Assembly (NCBI GenBank): GCA_028710985.1 | Contig: JAQTTB010000001.1 | Coordinates: 457,864-521,863, forward strand | Reading direction: 5' to 3' | Length of the DNA: 64,000 nt | Source: Patescibacteria group bacterium | GTDB lineage: Bacteria > Patescibacteriota > Patescibacteriia > JAHJFT01 | Shown here: positions 7,688-14,796 of the stretch, one piece after another | Position numbering within the stretch: the first letter of the stretch is position 1 | Layout of the letters: each line of letters starts with the position of its first letter | Program-made: the position numbers and the translations under genes | The notes under the pieces: model-generated | What the model saw: the letters and a program-made list of their open reading frames with translations, nothing else | Databases searched by the model: none | What the model was told of the DNA's origin: nothing

Positions 7688-7715
7688 CTTATGCCTAAAC
7701 AGAAAGTAAATTGCT

Positions 7716-7724
7716 TGCTATAAT
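7716..7724 (+). promoter_or_regulatory. Extended -10 promoter element TGcTATAAT upstream of nusA
   Basis: TGCTATAAT 35 nt before ATG 7759. Confidence 0.4.
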
Positions 7725-7758
7725 TAGATAAAACTTAGTAATACTTATACCTAAAAAT

Positions 7759-9120
7759 ATGCCATCAGCAATCACCCAGGCGATCAAGCAGATTTGTGAG
7801 GAAAAAAACATTTCCTACGAAGCCGTGCTTGAGACAATTGAGGCGGCCATGGGCGCCGCGTACCGCAAGGATTTCGGCAATAAAATGCAGAATATCCGCG
7901 TTAATTTTGATCCCGAAACCGCCGGGATCAAGGTTTTTGACGTTAAAGAAGTGGTGGAGGATCAGGAAATCGAGGAACTTGAAGAAGGCGAAGCCGAAGC
8001 GGCCGAAGAGCCAAAGGGCAAAGAGGTCAAAGAAAAAGAAGAGGAAAAAGAAAAGCCCGTTGAGCCCAAAGAGGGCGAAGTGGCGGAAGGCGAGGAAGCG
8101 AAATTCAATCCCAAGACCCAGATTATGATTTCCGACGCCAAGGATATTAAAGCCGACGCGAAAATCGGGGACGAGATACGCGTTGAGCTTGAGGTTCCGG
8201 GAGAATTCGGCCGCATGGCCGCGCAGACCGCGAAACAGGTCATCACGCAAAAATTGCGCGAAGCCGAGCGTGAAAATGTTTATAAAGAGTATAAAGATCG
8301 CGAAGGTGAAGTCATCAACGCAGTTGTCCAGCGCCGCGAAGGCCGCATCGTGCTTATTGATCTCGGCCGTATCTCAGGCATCATGAGGCCCGAAGATCAG
8401 GTGCCCAGTGAATTTTATCGCCCGGGCGAGCGCATTAAGGTTTTTGTCGCCAAAGTTGAAATGACCACCAAGGGTCCGGAGATACTTCTTTCGCGTTCGC
8501 ATCCCGAGATGGTACGGCGCCTCTTTGAACTAGAAATTCCGGAGATTGCCTCCGGCGCGGTTGAGATTAAAGCTATCGCCCGCGAAGCCGGATCGCGCAC
8601 CAAAGTCGCGGTAACCACGCGCGAAGAAAATGTTGATCCAATCGGCTCCTGCATCGGTCAGCGCGGCACCCGTATCCAGACAATTATCAGCGAACTCGGC
8701 GGAGAAAAGATTGATATCATTGAATGGAAAGAAGATGCCGAAACATTTATCATGAATTCGCTTTCACCGGCCAAGACCGCCCGGGTTACTTTGGATCAAG
8801 AAGGGCACAGCGCGCTTGTGTCCGTGGCACCGGATCAGCTTTCGCTCGCCATCGGCCGCGGCGGACAAAATGTGCGCCTGGCCGCGCGCCTCACCAGCTG
8901 GAAGATTAATGTTGCCGAAGAAGGTGGTGGCGTGATTGCGGATTCGGAAAAAGGCGAAATCGCGGCTGAAGCCGAAAAGCCGGCCGAAGAAGCCGCGCCG
9001 GTCGCAGAGGTCAAACCCGCCGAGGAAATTGCCCCGGTTGAATCCAAGAAAAAGAAAGAACCAAAAAAGAAGAAAGTGAAAAAAGAGAAAAAAGAAGATA
9101 AAAAAGAAGGCAAAGAATAA
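7759..9120 (+). CDS. nusA: Transcription termination/antitermination factor NusA (with acidic/Lys-rich insertion and K-rich C-terminal tail)
   Basis: S1 and KH regions present: ...VVQRREGRIVLIDLGRISGIMRPEDQVP...PIGSCIGQRGTRIQ...AIGRGGQNVRLAARLTSWKINV. Confidence 0.9.
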   Translation: MPSAITQAIKQICEEKNISYEAVLETIEAAMGAAYRKDFGNKMQNIRVNFDPETAGIKVFDVKEVVEDQEIEELEEGEAEAAEEPKGKEVKEKEEEKEKPVEPKEGEVAEGEEAKFNPKTQIMISDAKDIKADAKIGDEIRVELEVPGEFGRMAAQTAKQVITQKLREAERENVYKEYKDREGEVINAVVQRREGRIVLIDLGRISGIMRPEDQVPSEFYRPGERIKVFVAKVEMTTKGPEILLSRSHPEMVRRLFELEIPEIASGAVEIKAIAREAGSRTKVAVTTREENVDPIGSCIGQRGTRIQTIISELGGEKIDIIEWKEDAETFIMNSLSPAKTARVTLDQEGHSALVSVAPDQLSLAIGRGGQNVRLAARLTSWKINVAEEGGGVIADSEKGEIAAEAEKPAEEAAPVAEVKPAEEIAPVESKKKKEPKKKKVKKEKKEDKKEGKE

Positions 9121-9132
9121 CCAGAAAATTTT

Positions 9133-9894
9133 ATGGAAATTTTTCAGACCATCCTTTATCAGCCAATATTTAATCTTTTGGTTTTGATTTACGATTTTAT
9201 TCCGGGCCACGACATCGGGCTCGTGATAATCGTGCTCACGCTCGCCATCAAGGTTATTCTCTACCCCTTGTCCCGCCAGTCAATAAAATCGCAAAAAGCC
9301 ATGACCGAGCTTCAGCCCAAGATTGACGAGATCAAAGAGAAATATAAAGACAAAAAAGATGAGATGGCCAAGGCCATGATGGAGATGTATTCTAGCCAAA
9401 AGGTGAGTCCGTTTTCTTCGTGTCTGCCACTCATTATTCAGTTGCCGATTATTTACGCCCTTTACCGCGTCATGCGCGACGGTTTGAGCTCGACGCATCT
9501 TGACCTGCTTTACGCCTGGGTGCCGAATCCCGGCCACATCAGTTCAATGTTTTTGGGAGAAATTGACTTGGCCGTGCCGAGTATTTTTCTCGCCGTGCTT
9601 GCCGGCATCGCTCAATTCTGGCAAGCCCGGATGATGAGCGTGCGCCAGCCGCCTAAGTCAATTCGCAAAAAAACCGGAGCCATTGACGAGAACCTGCTCG
9701 CTACCATGAACAAGCAAATGGTTTATTTCATGCCCATCATGACGGTGGTGATCGGCGTGTCTCTTCCCGGCGGCCTTGCGCTTTACTGGTTTATCAATAA
9801 TCTTCTCACCATCGGCCAGCAGTATCTGACTTTTGGCAAGAAAAAAACCGCGGCCGCGATTCCGCCGCCGGCTAATCCAACCCCGACCGTATGA
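9133..9894 (+). CDS. yidC: Membrane protein insertase YidC (short Oxa1-type form)
   Basis: ...MTELQPKIDEIKEKYKDKKDEMAKAMMEMY...LPLIIQLPIIYALYRVM... Confidence 0.85.
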   Translation: MEIFQTILYQPIFNLLVLIYDFIPGHDIGLVIIVLTLAIKVILYPLSRQSIKSQKAMTELQPKIDEIKEKYKDKKDEMAKAMMEMYSSQKVSPFSSCLPLIIQLPIIYALYRVMRDGLSSTHLDLLYAWVPNPGHISSMFLGEIDLAVPSIFLAVLAGIAQFWQARMMSVRQPPKSIRKKTGAIDENLLATMNKQMVYFMPIMTVVIGVSLPGGLALYWFINNLLTIGQQYLTFGKKKTAAAIPPPANPTPTV

Positions 9895-10229
9895 TTATCC
9901 CGTGGGAAAAATTAAAAAATTTACCGGTTGAAACCCAGAGCGGCGAACGGCTCGGCCGGATGAGTGGTTTTGATTTATCGAGCGACGGCCAGGACATTAA
10001 AACCTACCGCGTTAAAAGCCGCGGAATAATCAAGGGATTGATGAATGGGGAACTCCTGATCAGCCGTGAGCAGGTCGTGTCAATCAATGACGAACGTTTG
10101 ATCGTTCCCGACGCCCTGGTCACCGAAAAAAACGCGCTTCGGAGCGAAGTCGCGTCGCGCGTCACGGCCGAAAGCGCGCCCGCCACCCAGAGTCGGATTT
10201 CAAGCTCACAAAATTTAAATAATTCTTAA
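9891..10229 (+). CDS. PRC-barrel-like domain protein, translationally coupled to yidC (ATGA overlap)
   Basis: LGRMSGFDLSSDGQDIKTYRVKSRG...LISREQVVSINDERLIVPDALV resembles the PRC-barrel fold. Confidence 0.4.
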   Translation: MIIPWEKLKNLPVETQSGERLGRMSGFDLSSDGQDIKTYRVKSRGIIKGLMNGELLISREQVVSINDERLIVPDALVTEKNALRSEVASRVTAESAPATQSRISSSQNLNNS

Positions 10230-10239
10230 TTAAAATTTT

Positions 10240-10836
10240 ATGAATCAAGTCTTAAAAATTATCATCGTCGCATTGATCGCCGCAATTATTATCGGGGGTG
10301 GTTATTATTTCTGGCAAAAAAATCAAGCAACTCAGTCAACGGCAGGATTAGGAAACACAGCAGCACCGGCTGGGGAGGAGCTGCCCGATCCACTCTTGTA
10401 TTCAACGGCCGGCCTTCCGGTTTCAGTTTCGAAAAATGCAGTATTGTTTGATTACACAGTCGAGCAATTGGAGGGGATGGCAGGGGAATGTGGTTCTCAA
10501 CACGACCCCGATTATTTTGATGAATTGATTTTAAAGTTCGTCGCTGCGGGTGCGACAAAGCATATTTACAACCTTAAATATTCTGATGCGAGCCAGGAGC
10601 CTGACACTTTCGTCATTACCCTGTTGCCTAATGAAGCGGGATACGCTTCCCTTGATCAGTTCAAAAAAGATTTTGATATATGCGCCGCAGGTGGCGATGC
10701 TTATCCCACCATGCTCAGCGAAAATTGGCTTCTTTTTGTAAATTCATGCGGAAGCGGATTTGATGACGGTTCGGGACGACCGATCGGGTGCGAAAAAGTA
10801 CGAGAAATCGTTGAGCCTACATTGAAGTTGAGATAA
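10240..10836 (+). CDS. Membrane-anchored hypothetical protein
   Basis: N-terminal TM helix, 198 aa. Confidence 0.45.
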   Translation: MNQVLKIIIVALIAAIIIGGGYYFWQKNQATQSTAGLGNTAAPAGEELPDPLLYSTAGLPVSVSKNAVLFDYTVEQLEGMAGECGSQHDPDYFDELILKFVAAGATKHIYNLKYSDASQEPDTFVITLLPNEAGYASLDQFKKDFDICAAGGDAYPTMLSENWLLFVNSCGSGFDDGSGRPIGCEKVREIVEPTLKLR

Positions 10837-10857
10837 AAATCAGCGTGCAAAATTAAA

Positions 10858-10950
10858 CCGAAAAAATTTTTCAAGCCATCTCGAAAACACTGGCGTTGAG
10901 AGCCCGGGAATAAAACCGAAGTCGGTTTCCCCGGGTTTTTTGGCCGGAAA
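10858..10950. repeat. Degenerate, internally deleted duplicate of 13592-13800 (5' region of the gene at 13474-14490)
   Basis: cgaaaaaatttttcaagccatctcgaaaacactggcgtt matches cgaaaatttttcaagcaatcttgaaaacactggcgtt; ...cggtttccccgggttttttggccgg matches cggttttttccggggtttttattttttggccgg. Confidence 0.6.
10903..10941 (+). terminator. Nested hairpin (CCCGGGAA ... AAACCGA-ag-TCGGTTT ... CCCCGGG) + TTTTTT
   Basis: Read directly. Confidence 0.45.
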
Positions 10951-10979
10951 AATTAAAAGATTTATTTCGTATTAATCTA

Positions 10980-11007
10980 TTGACAAAATTGGGGATAGCA
11001 CTATGAT
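10980..11007 (+). promoter_or_regulatory. Sigma-70-like promoter TTGACA-N16-TATGAT upstream of the peptide/radical-SAM cassette
   Basis: Read directly; ~140-nt leader contains a long-range inverted repeat TGCTGCTTTGGGTC ... GGCCCAAAAAGCAGCA. Confidence 0.45.
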
Positions 11008-11147
11008 GATCATAGGTCCTTAACATCTAGCCTCAAGTCCTACTTCTCTTGCATTGCTGCTTTGGGTCAATGAAGTTAAACGAAAATTCATGGTGAATTT
11101 TCGGCCCAAAAAGCAGCAGAAGACTGTAGGCGAGAAAGGAGGAAAAA

Positions 11148-11285
11148 GTGAAAAAGCCGCGGAAAAACACCAAGCCAGTCGTGCTCAAGGCCGATGATCG
11201 CGCGAAGGTTCTGGGAAATATTCCCAAACCTGGTCGCGACGTCGCTGACTGCGTTTGCTACACATCGTGCACGCGCTGCACGTAG
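11148..11285 (+). CDS. Putative RiPP precursor peptide, 45 aa, Cys-rich C-terminus (SCIFF/ranthipeptide-like)
   Basis: GTG start 5 nt after GGAGG; translation VKKPRKNTKPVVLKADDRAKVLGNIPKPGRDVADCVCYTSCTRCT*; not in the ORF track (<60 aa); sits directly upstream of the rSAM/SPASM gene. Confidence 0.5.
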   Translation: MKKPRKNTKPVVLKADDRAKVLGNIPKPGRDVADCVCYTSCTRCT

Positions 11286-11296
11286 CCGCAATTGCA

Positions 11297-11339
11297 GTGG
11301 GGGGTGTGGAAAGTAACTCTTCCCACCCCCGCATTTTTA
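11297..11339 (+). terminator. Imperfect GC hairpin + ATTTTTA between peptide and maturase (partial terminator/attenuator candidate)
   Basis: GTGGGGGGTGTGGAAAG-taact-CTTCCCACCCCCGC then ATTTTTAT. Confidence 0.4.
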
Positions 11340-11358
11340 TAGAGAAGGAGAAAATGCT

Positions 11359-12717
11359 ATGCAACTTTCCCGATGGTGCCACACGTTGCATCAAGATGGC
11401 GTTTCGGCGCTGGTGAACGCACTGACTCTTGGAGTAGTGTACATTTCAACCGAGGAACTGCGCGCTTTTATGGAAGCACTGCCCTCATCAGATAATGTTG
11501 GTGAGGTGGGGCTCATAGAAATTCTTACAGCCCAGGGATTATTAGTTGAAAATCAGACTACCGATGAGTTGGTATTCGCAAGAACGCGCGAACGGCTCAG
11601 ATCGGAGATGTCGCTCGAGCTGCTATATTTGCTTGTCACCGACGGTTGCAACCTGCGATGTACCTATTGCTTCGAAGAAACGCCGTCGCTTACGGCCCCA
11701 TTCCATTCGACGCAGATGACTAAGGAAACGGTTATCAGGGCGCTCGATCTATTCGCGAGGATGACGGCACGACACGGCAACCCGGAAAAAAAGAAGGTGA
11801 TTCATCTTTATGGCGGCGAGCCGTTAGCGAACCGCAAGGCGGTATATGAGGCCGTGTTCTATGTTGACGAACTCAAGTCGCGCGGTATTTTGTCCGACAG
11901 CTGTCAGATCGCAATCGTGACCAACGGAGTACTTCTCAAAGAGGAGGACGCACGGCTCTTCGCGACACACAACGTTACGGTTGGACTCTCGATTGATGGC
12001 CCAGCATCAGTTACCGATTTTTATAGGATTCCAAAACGCCGAGATGTGCGCGTTACGGAACGCATTACTTCTGCATTTCGCCTGCTCAAGCGTCATAATG
12101 TGAGTATCGGGCTGTCGGTAACCTTGACGCCCCAAGCGATTGAACGCTTCGATGAATTCGTCGCCTTCTTCACGGACGGGGAATTTCGCGAGGTGGACGG
12201 TGTTAGTCTGAATTTACTTCATTTTTCGCCCAATCTGATATTGCCTGACGATTATTATCACGCGGCCGTAGAGTGCCAGATAAAATTCTTTAAACGGTTT
12301 CGTGAGGCCGGACTCTACGAGGAGCGGGTGATGCGTAAAGTTCGTGCATTCGTGGATCAAGAACCGATGTACGCAGATTGCGGCGTGGTAGGCCGACAGC
12401 TCGTCGTCGCTCCGGATGGACGCATTGGCGTCTGTCAGGACTTCGTCAAGCCAAGAACTTACTTTCCGCGCTCTGTGTACGACGTGGAACATCACGATCT
12501 CCTTGAGGCGCTCTTCGCGGACTGGCGCGATCGTTCACCGTTTTTCATGCCACAGTGCAGGGATTGTTTAGCCATTAGCATCTGCGGCGGCGGGTGTCCC
12601 GCGAGTGCCGAGCTTAAAACCGGTAGTCGGTATAATCTCGACGAACGCGCTTGCCATCATAGTAAGCAAATACTTGAATGGTTGGTCTGGGATGCGTACG
12701 CAAAGCTCGACGGCTAG
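11359..12717 (+). CDS. Radical SAM/SPASM-domain peptide maturase (N-terminal RRE-like region, CxxxCxxC, C-terminal SPASM cysteines)
   Basis: VTDGCNLRCTYCFEE; C-terminal CGVVGRQLVVAPDGRIGVCQDF...CRDCLAISICGGGCPAS; AAGGAG RBS 8 nt upstream. Confidence 0.85.
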   Translation: MQLSRWCHTLHQDGVSALVNALTLGVVYISTEELRAFMEALPSSDNVGEVGLIEILTAQGLLVENQTTDELVFARTRERLRSEMSLELLYLLVTDGCNLRCTYCFEETPSLTAPFHSTQMTKETVIRALDLFARMTARHGNPEKKKVIHLYGGEPLANRKAVYEAVFYVDELKSRGILSDSCQIAIVTNGVLLKEEDARLFATHNVTVGLSIDGPASVTDFYRIPKRRDVRVTERITSAFRLLKRHNVSIGLSVTLTPQAIERFDEFVAFFTDGEFREVDGVSLNLLHFSPNLILPDDYYHAAVECQIKFFKRFREAGLYEERVMRKVRAFVDQEPMYADCGVVGRQLVVAPDGRIGVCQDFVKPRTYFPRSVYDVEHHDLLEALFADWRDRSPFFMPQCRDCLAISICGGGCPASAELKTGSRYNLDERACHHSKQILEWLVWDAYAKLDG

Positions 12718-12761
12718 CGGCTATCAGGGGGTTGAGAATGCTCAAAATATTTGCTACAATA

Positions 12762-12797
12762 GGGAAGATGAGAAACGCTTATCTTCCCTAATTTTTT
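12762..12797 (+). terminator. Terminator hairpin GGGAAGAT-N11-ATCTTCCC + TAATTTTTTA, overlapped by the TTGAGA-N17-TACAAT promoter of the next gene
   Basis: Read directly. Confidence 0.5.
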
Positions 12798-12799
12798 AT

Positions 12800-13540
12800 A
12801 TGAACTATCCTCACATTACTTTTCGCAAAAGCGCAAAAAAAGATTTTGAAACTTTACGCGCCTTCACGAAAGATGCCGAATATGATAATGGCAGAAATTT
12901 GAATTGGGCAGTATTCAAAAAATATCCCCGTCTAAAAATATATTTTGATAAAGATAAACATTTCAAAATCAAAAATGAAAAAGTATTGAGCAATTTTATT
13001 GATGAAACATATCGTGGTGAACAGATAAATATGAATCGTGCCTTGGCCCAGCACAAAAAACGTTGGGAAAAAATTGCTTTGGATTATTTTTCACTCGTTG
13101 ACGAACTCTTCAGCGGACGCAAGTGGCCGCGGGGTAAATATGTCGCCTTAGGCACGATCTGGGGCATGTATCCGCGTTTTCTGGAAGACAAAACATTCCA
13201 GATTCCATTTCGCCATCGTACCCCCGGGTATATTTCAGTTGTGATTGCGCATGAACTACTCCATTTTATGTTTTATGACTATTTTTACGCTCATTATCCA
13301 AAATATCGTGGTTCCGGAAATAATTTTATTGTCTGGCATATCTCAGAAATTTTTAATACCGTCGTTCAGAACTCACCGGCGTGGCTTAGCCGTTTTAAAA
13401 TAAAATCACTTGGATATCCAGAACACAAAAAAATTGTCGCGCGCATAGGCCGTACCCTGTACTGCAGTAATACATGGGATCTGAACGCGCTGGTGGACAA
13501 AATAATAAAAGAAGTGCAGAATCAGAAAATAAACAAATAG
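12800..13540 (+). CDS. Hypothetical protein with an HExxH motif (AHELLHF); possible zincin-like peptidase
   Basis: 246-aa ORF; AT-rich and K/N/Y/F-rich, unlike the adjacent GC-rich rSAM gene; start ATG 12800 rather than ORF-track 12605. Confidence 0.5.
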   Translation: MNYPHITFRKSAKKDFETLRAFTKDAEYDNGRNLNWAVFKKYPRLKIYFDKDKHFKIKNEKVLSNFIDETYRGEQINMNRALAQHKKRWEKIALDYFSLVDELFSGRKWPRGKYVALGTIWGMYPRFLEDKTFQIPFRHRTPGYISVVIAHELLHFMFYDYFYAHYPKYRGSGNNFIVWHISEIFNTVVQNSPAWLSRFKIKSLGYPEHKKIVARIGRTLYCSNTWDLNALVDKIIKEVQNQKINK

Positions 13541-14490
13541 TCCCGACTGATGTTTTGCTTCGCGAAACAAAAAACTCTGTGCAAAATGATTCCTCGAAAA
13601 TTTTTCAAGCAATCTTGAAAACACTGGCGTTTTTTGACATTTTTGATTATCCGCTCACTTCATTGGAAATCTGGCGGTATCTGTACGCGCCGGGTGAGCA
13701 AAAAATTTCCCTGAATCAAATTATTGAAGCCCTGGGAAATCCGGAACTAAAAGCCAAAATCGGTTTTTTCCGGGGTTTTTATTTTTTGGCCGGCAAGCAG
13801 GATTCGGTTGAACTGCGCCGCGAGCGGAACGCAATTGCCGAAAAAAAATTAATCCGCCTCCGGCCATACGCAAAATATCTCAACCGGCTCGGCGCGGTCT
13901 CCGGAGTCGCGGTGGCTAACACTCTTGCCATAAAACACTCACGGCCCGAATCGGATATTGATTTATTCATCATCGCGCGTCCGCATGCGGTCTGGAGCGC
14001 ACGGTTCTGGGCCATTCTGCCGCTTTATTTTTTCGGCGGACGTCCCCGGCCGGGAAGCATGCGCGATAAATTCTGTTTGAGTTTTCTGGTTGATGAAAAT
14101 CATCTTGATATTCTGCCGTGGAAAATGGAGCAGGATATTTATTATATATACTGGCTCGCGACGCTCATGCCCGTCTCCGGTCCGGAAGTGTTTGCGAATT
14201 TTTTTGAAAAAAATAAATGGATAAATAAATATTTGCCGAATTTTTTCCCGCCCGAGATGAGCGCGCGCGGGGAGCGGCGCCCGGCCTCGCGCCTTCCGTG
14301 TTTCGGCGGACGCATCTTAAAAGCGATTCAGCTTTTTGTGATGCCAGCCGCGCTCAAGGAGGCGGCGGCGCGGCATCACACGGACGTTATAATTTCCGAC
14401 ACTGTTCTCAAATTCCACCTTAATGACCGCCGAAGTGAATATGAAAAATGCTACCAGAAACGAGTTGCGAAAATTATTGATACAGTATAA
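13474..14490 (+). CDS. Hypothetical protein with nucleotidyltransferase-like (GS...SDIDL) segment; start uncertain (TTG 13555 or GTG 13579 possible)
   Basis: ...GAVSGVAVANTLAIKHSRPESDIDLFIIARPH...; the 5' part is duplicated at 10858-10950. Confidence 0.45.
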   Translation: MGSERAGGQNNKRSAESENKQIVPTDVLLRETKNSVQNDSSKIFQAILKTLAFFDIFDYPLTSLEIWRYLYAPGEQKISLNQIIEALGNPELKAKIGFFRGFYFLAGKQDSVELRRERNAIAEKKLIRLRPYAKYLNRLGAVSGVAVANTLAIKHSRPESDIDLFIIARPHAVWSARFWAILPLYFFGGRPRPGSMRDKFCLSFLVDENHLDILPWKMEQDIYYIYWLATLMPVSGPEVFANFFEKNKWINKYLPNFFPPEMSARGERRPASRLPCFGGRILKAIQLFVMPAALKEAAARHHTDVIISDTVLKFHLNDRRSEYEKCYQKRVAKIIDTV

Positions 14491-14709
14491 AGCCCTTCCT
14501 ACAATGTGTTGGGCAATTATAATCGTTTTCTAGCATCACTCTTGTTTGCTTTCAGCAGGACATACTTTTGTAACCAAAAGTATGCAAAAGTTTCGGGGGC
14601 GCAAATTCGCTCTCGAATATAGGTAATGATTTACCGATTTAATCCACGCTCAGTTGCGCCCCCGAACCCCAGGGCACTGGTCAAGACGTTCTTAAAGGGT
14701 TCTCTCCCT

Positions 14710-14729
14710 CCTGCCTGCCGGCAGGCAGG
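14710..14729. repeat. Perfect 20-bp palindrome CCTGCCTGCCGGCAGGCAGG (copy 2), nested in a larger inverted repeat TCTCTCCCTC...GGGAGAGGCAGAGAGGG
   Basis: Read directly. Confidence 0.9.
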
Positions 14730-14796
14730 TTGTAAAGGGAGAGGCAGAGAGGGATTTTACGTCGTCGGTTAGGGCAGGGGTTAGGTAAGAAATAAT

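Noticed and set aside
8724-9210. Minus-strand K/F-rich ORFs over the nusA 3' end and the yidC start
   Set aside because: They are antisense to the poly-Lys-encoding tail of nusA.
12605-12799. Upstream start (12605) of the HExxH protein overlapping the rSAM gene
   Set aside because: A terminator hairpin and promoter lie inside that extension. ATG 12800 follows them.
14491-14796. tmRNA, RNase P RNA or SRP RNA in the structured intergenic region
   Set aside because: The conserved hallmark sequences are absent: the RNase P RNA P4 motif, the tmRNA tag-peptide ORF with a tRNA-like 3' end, and the SRP domain IV GGAA/AGCAG motif.
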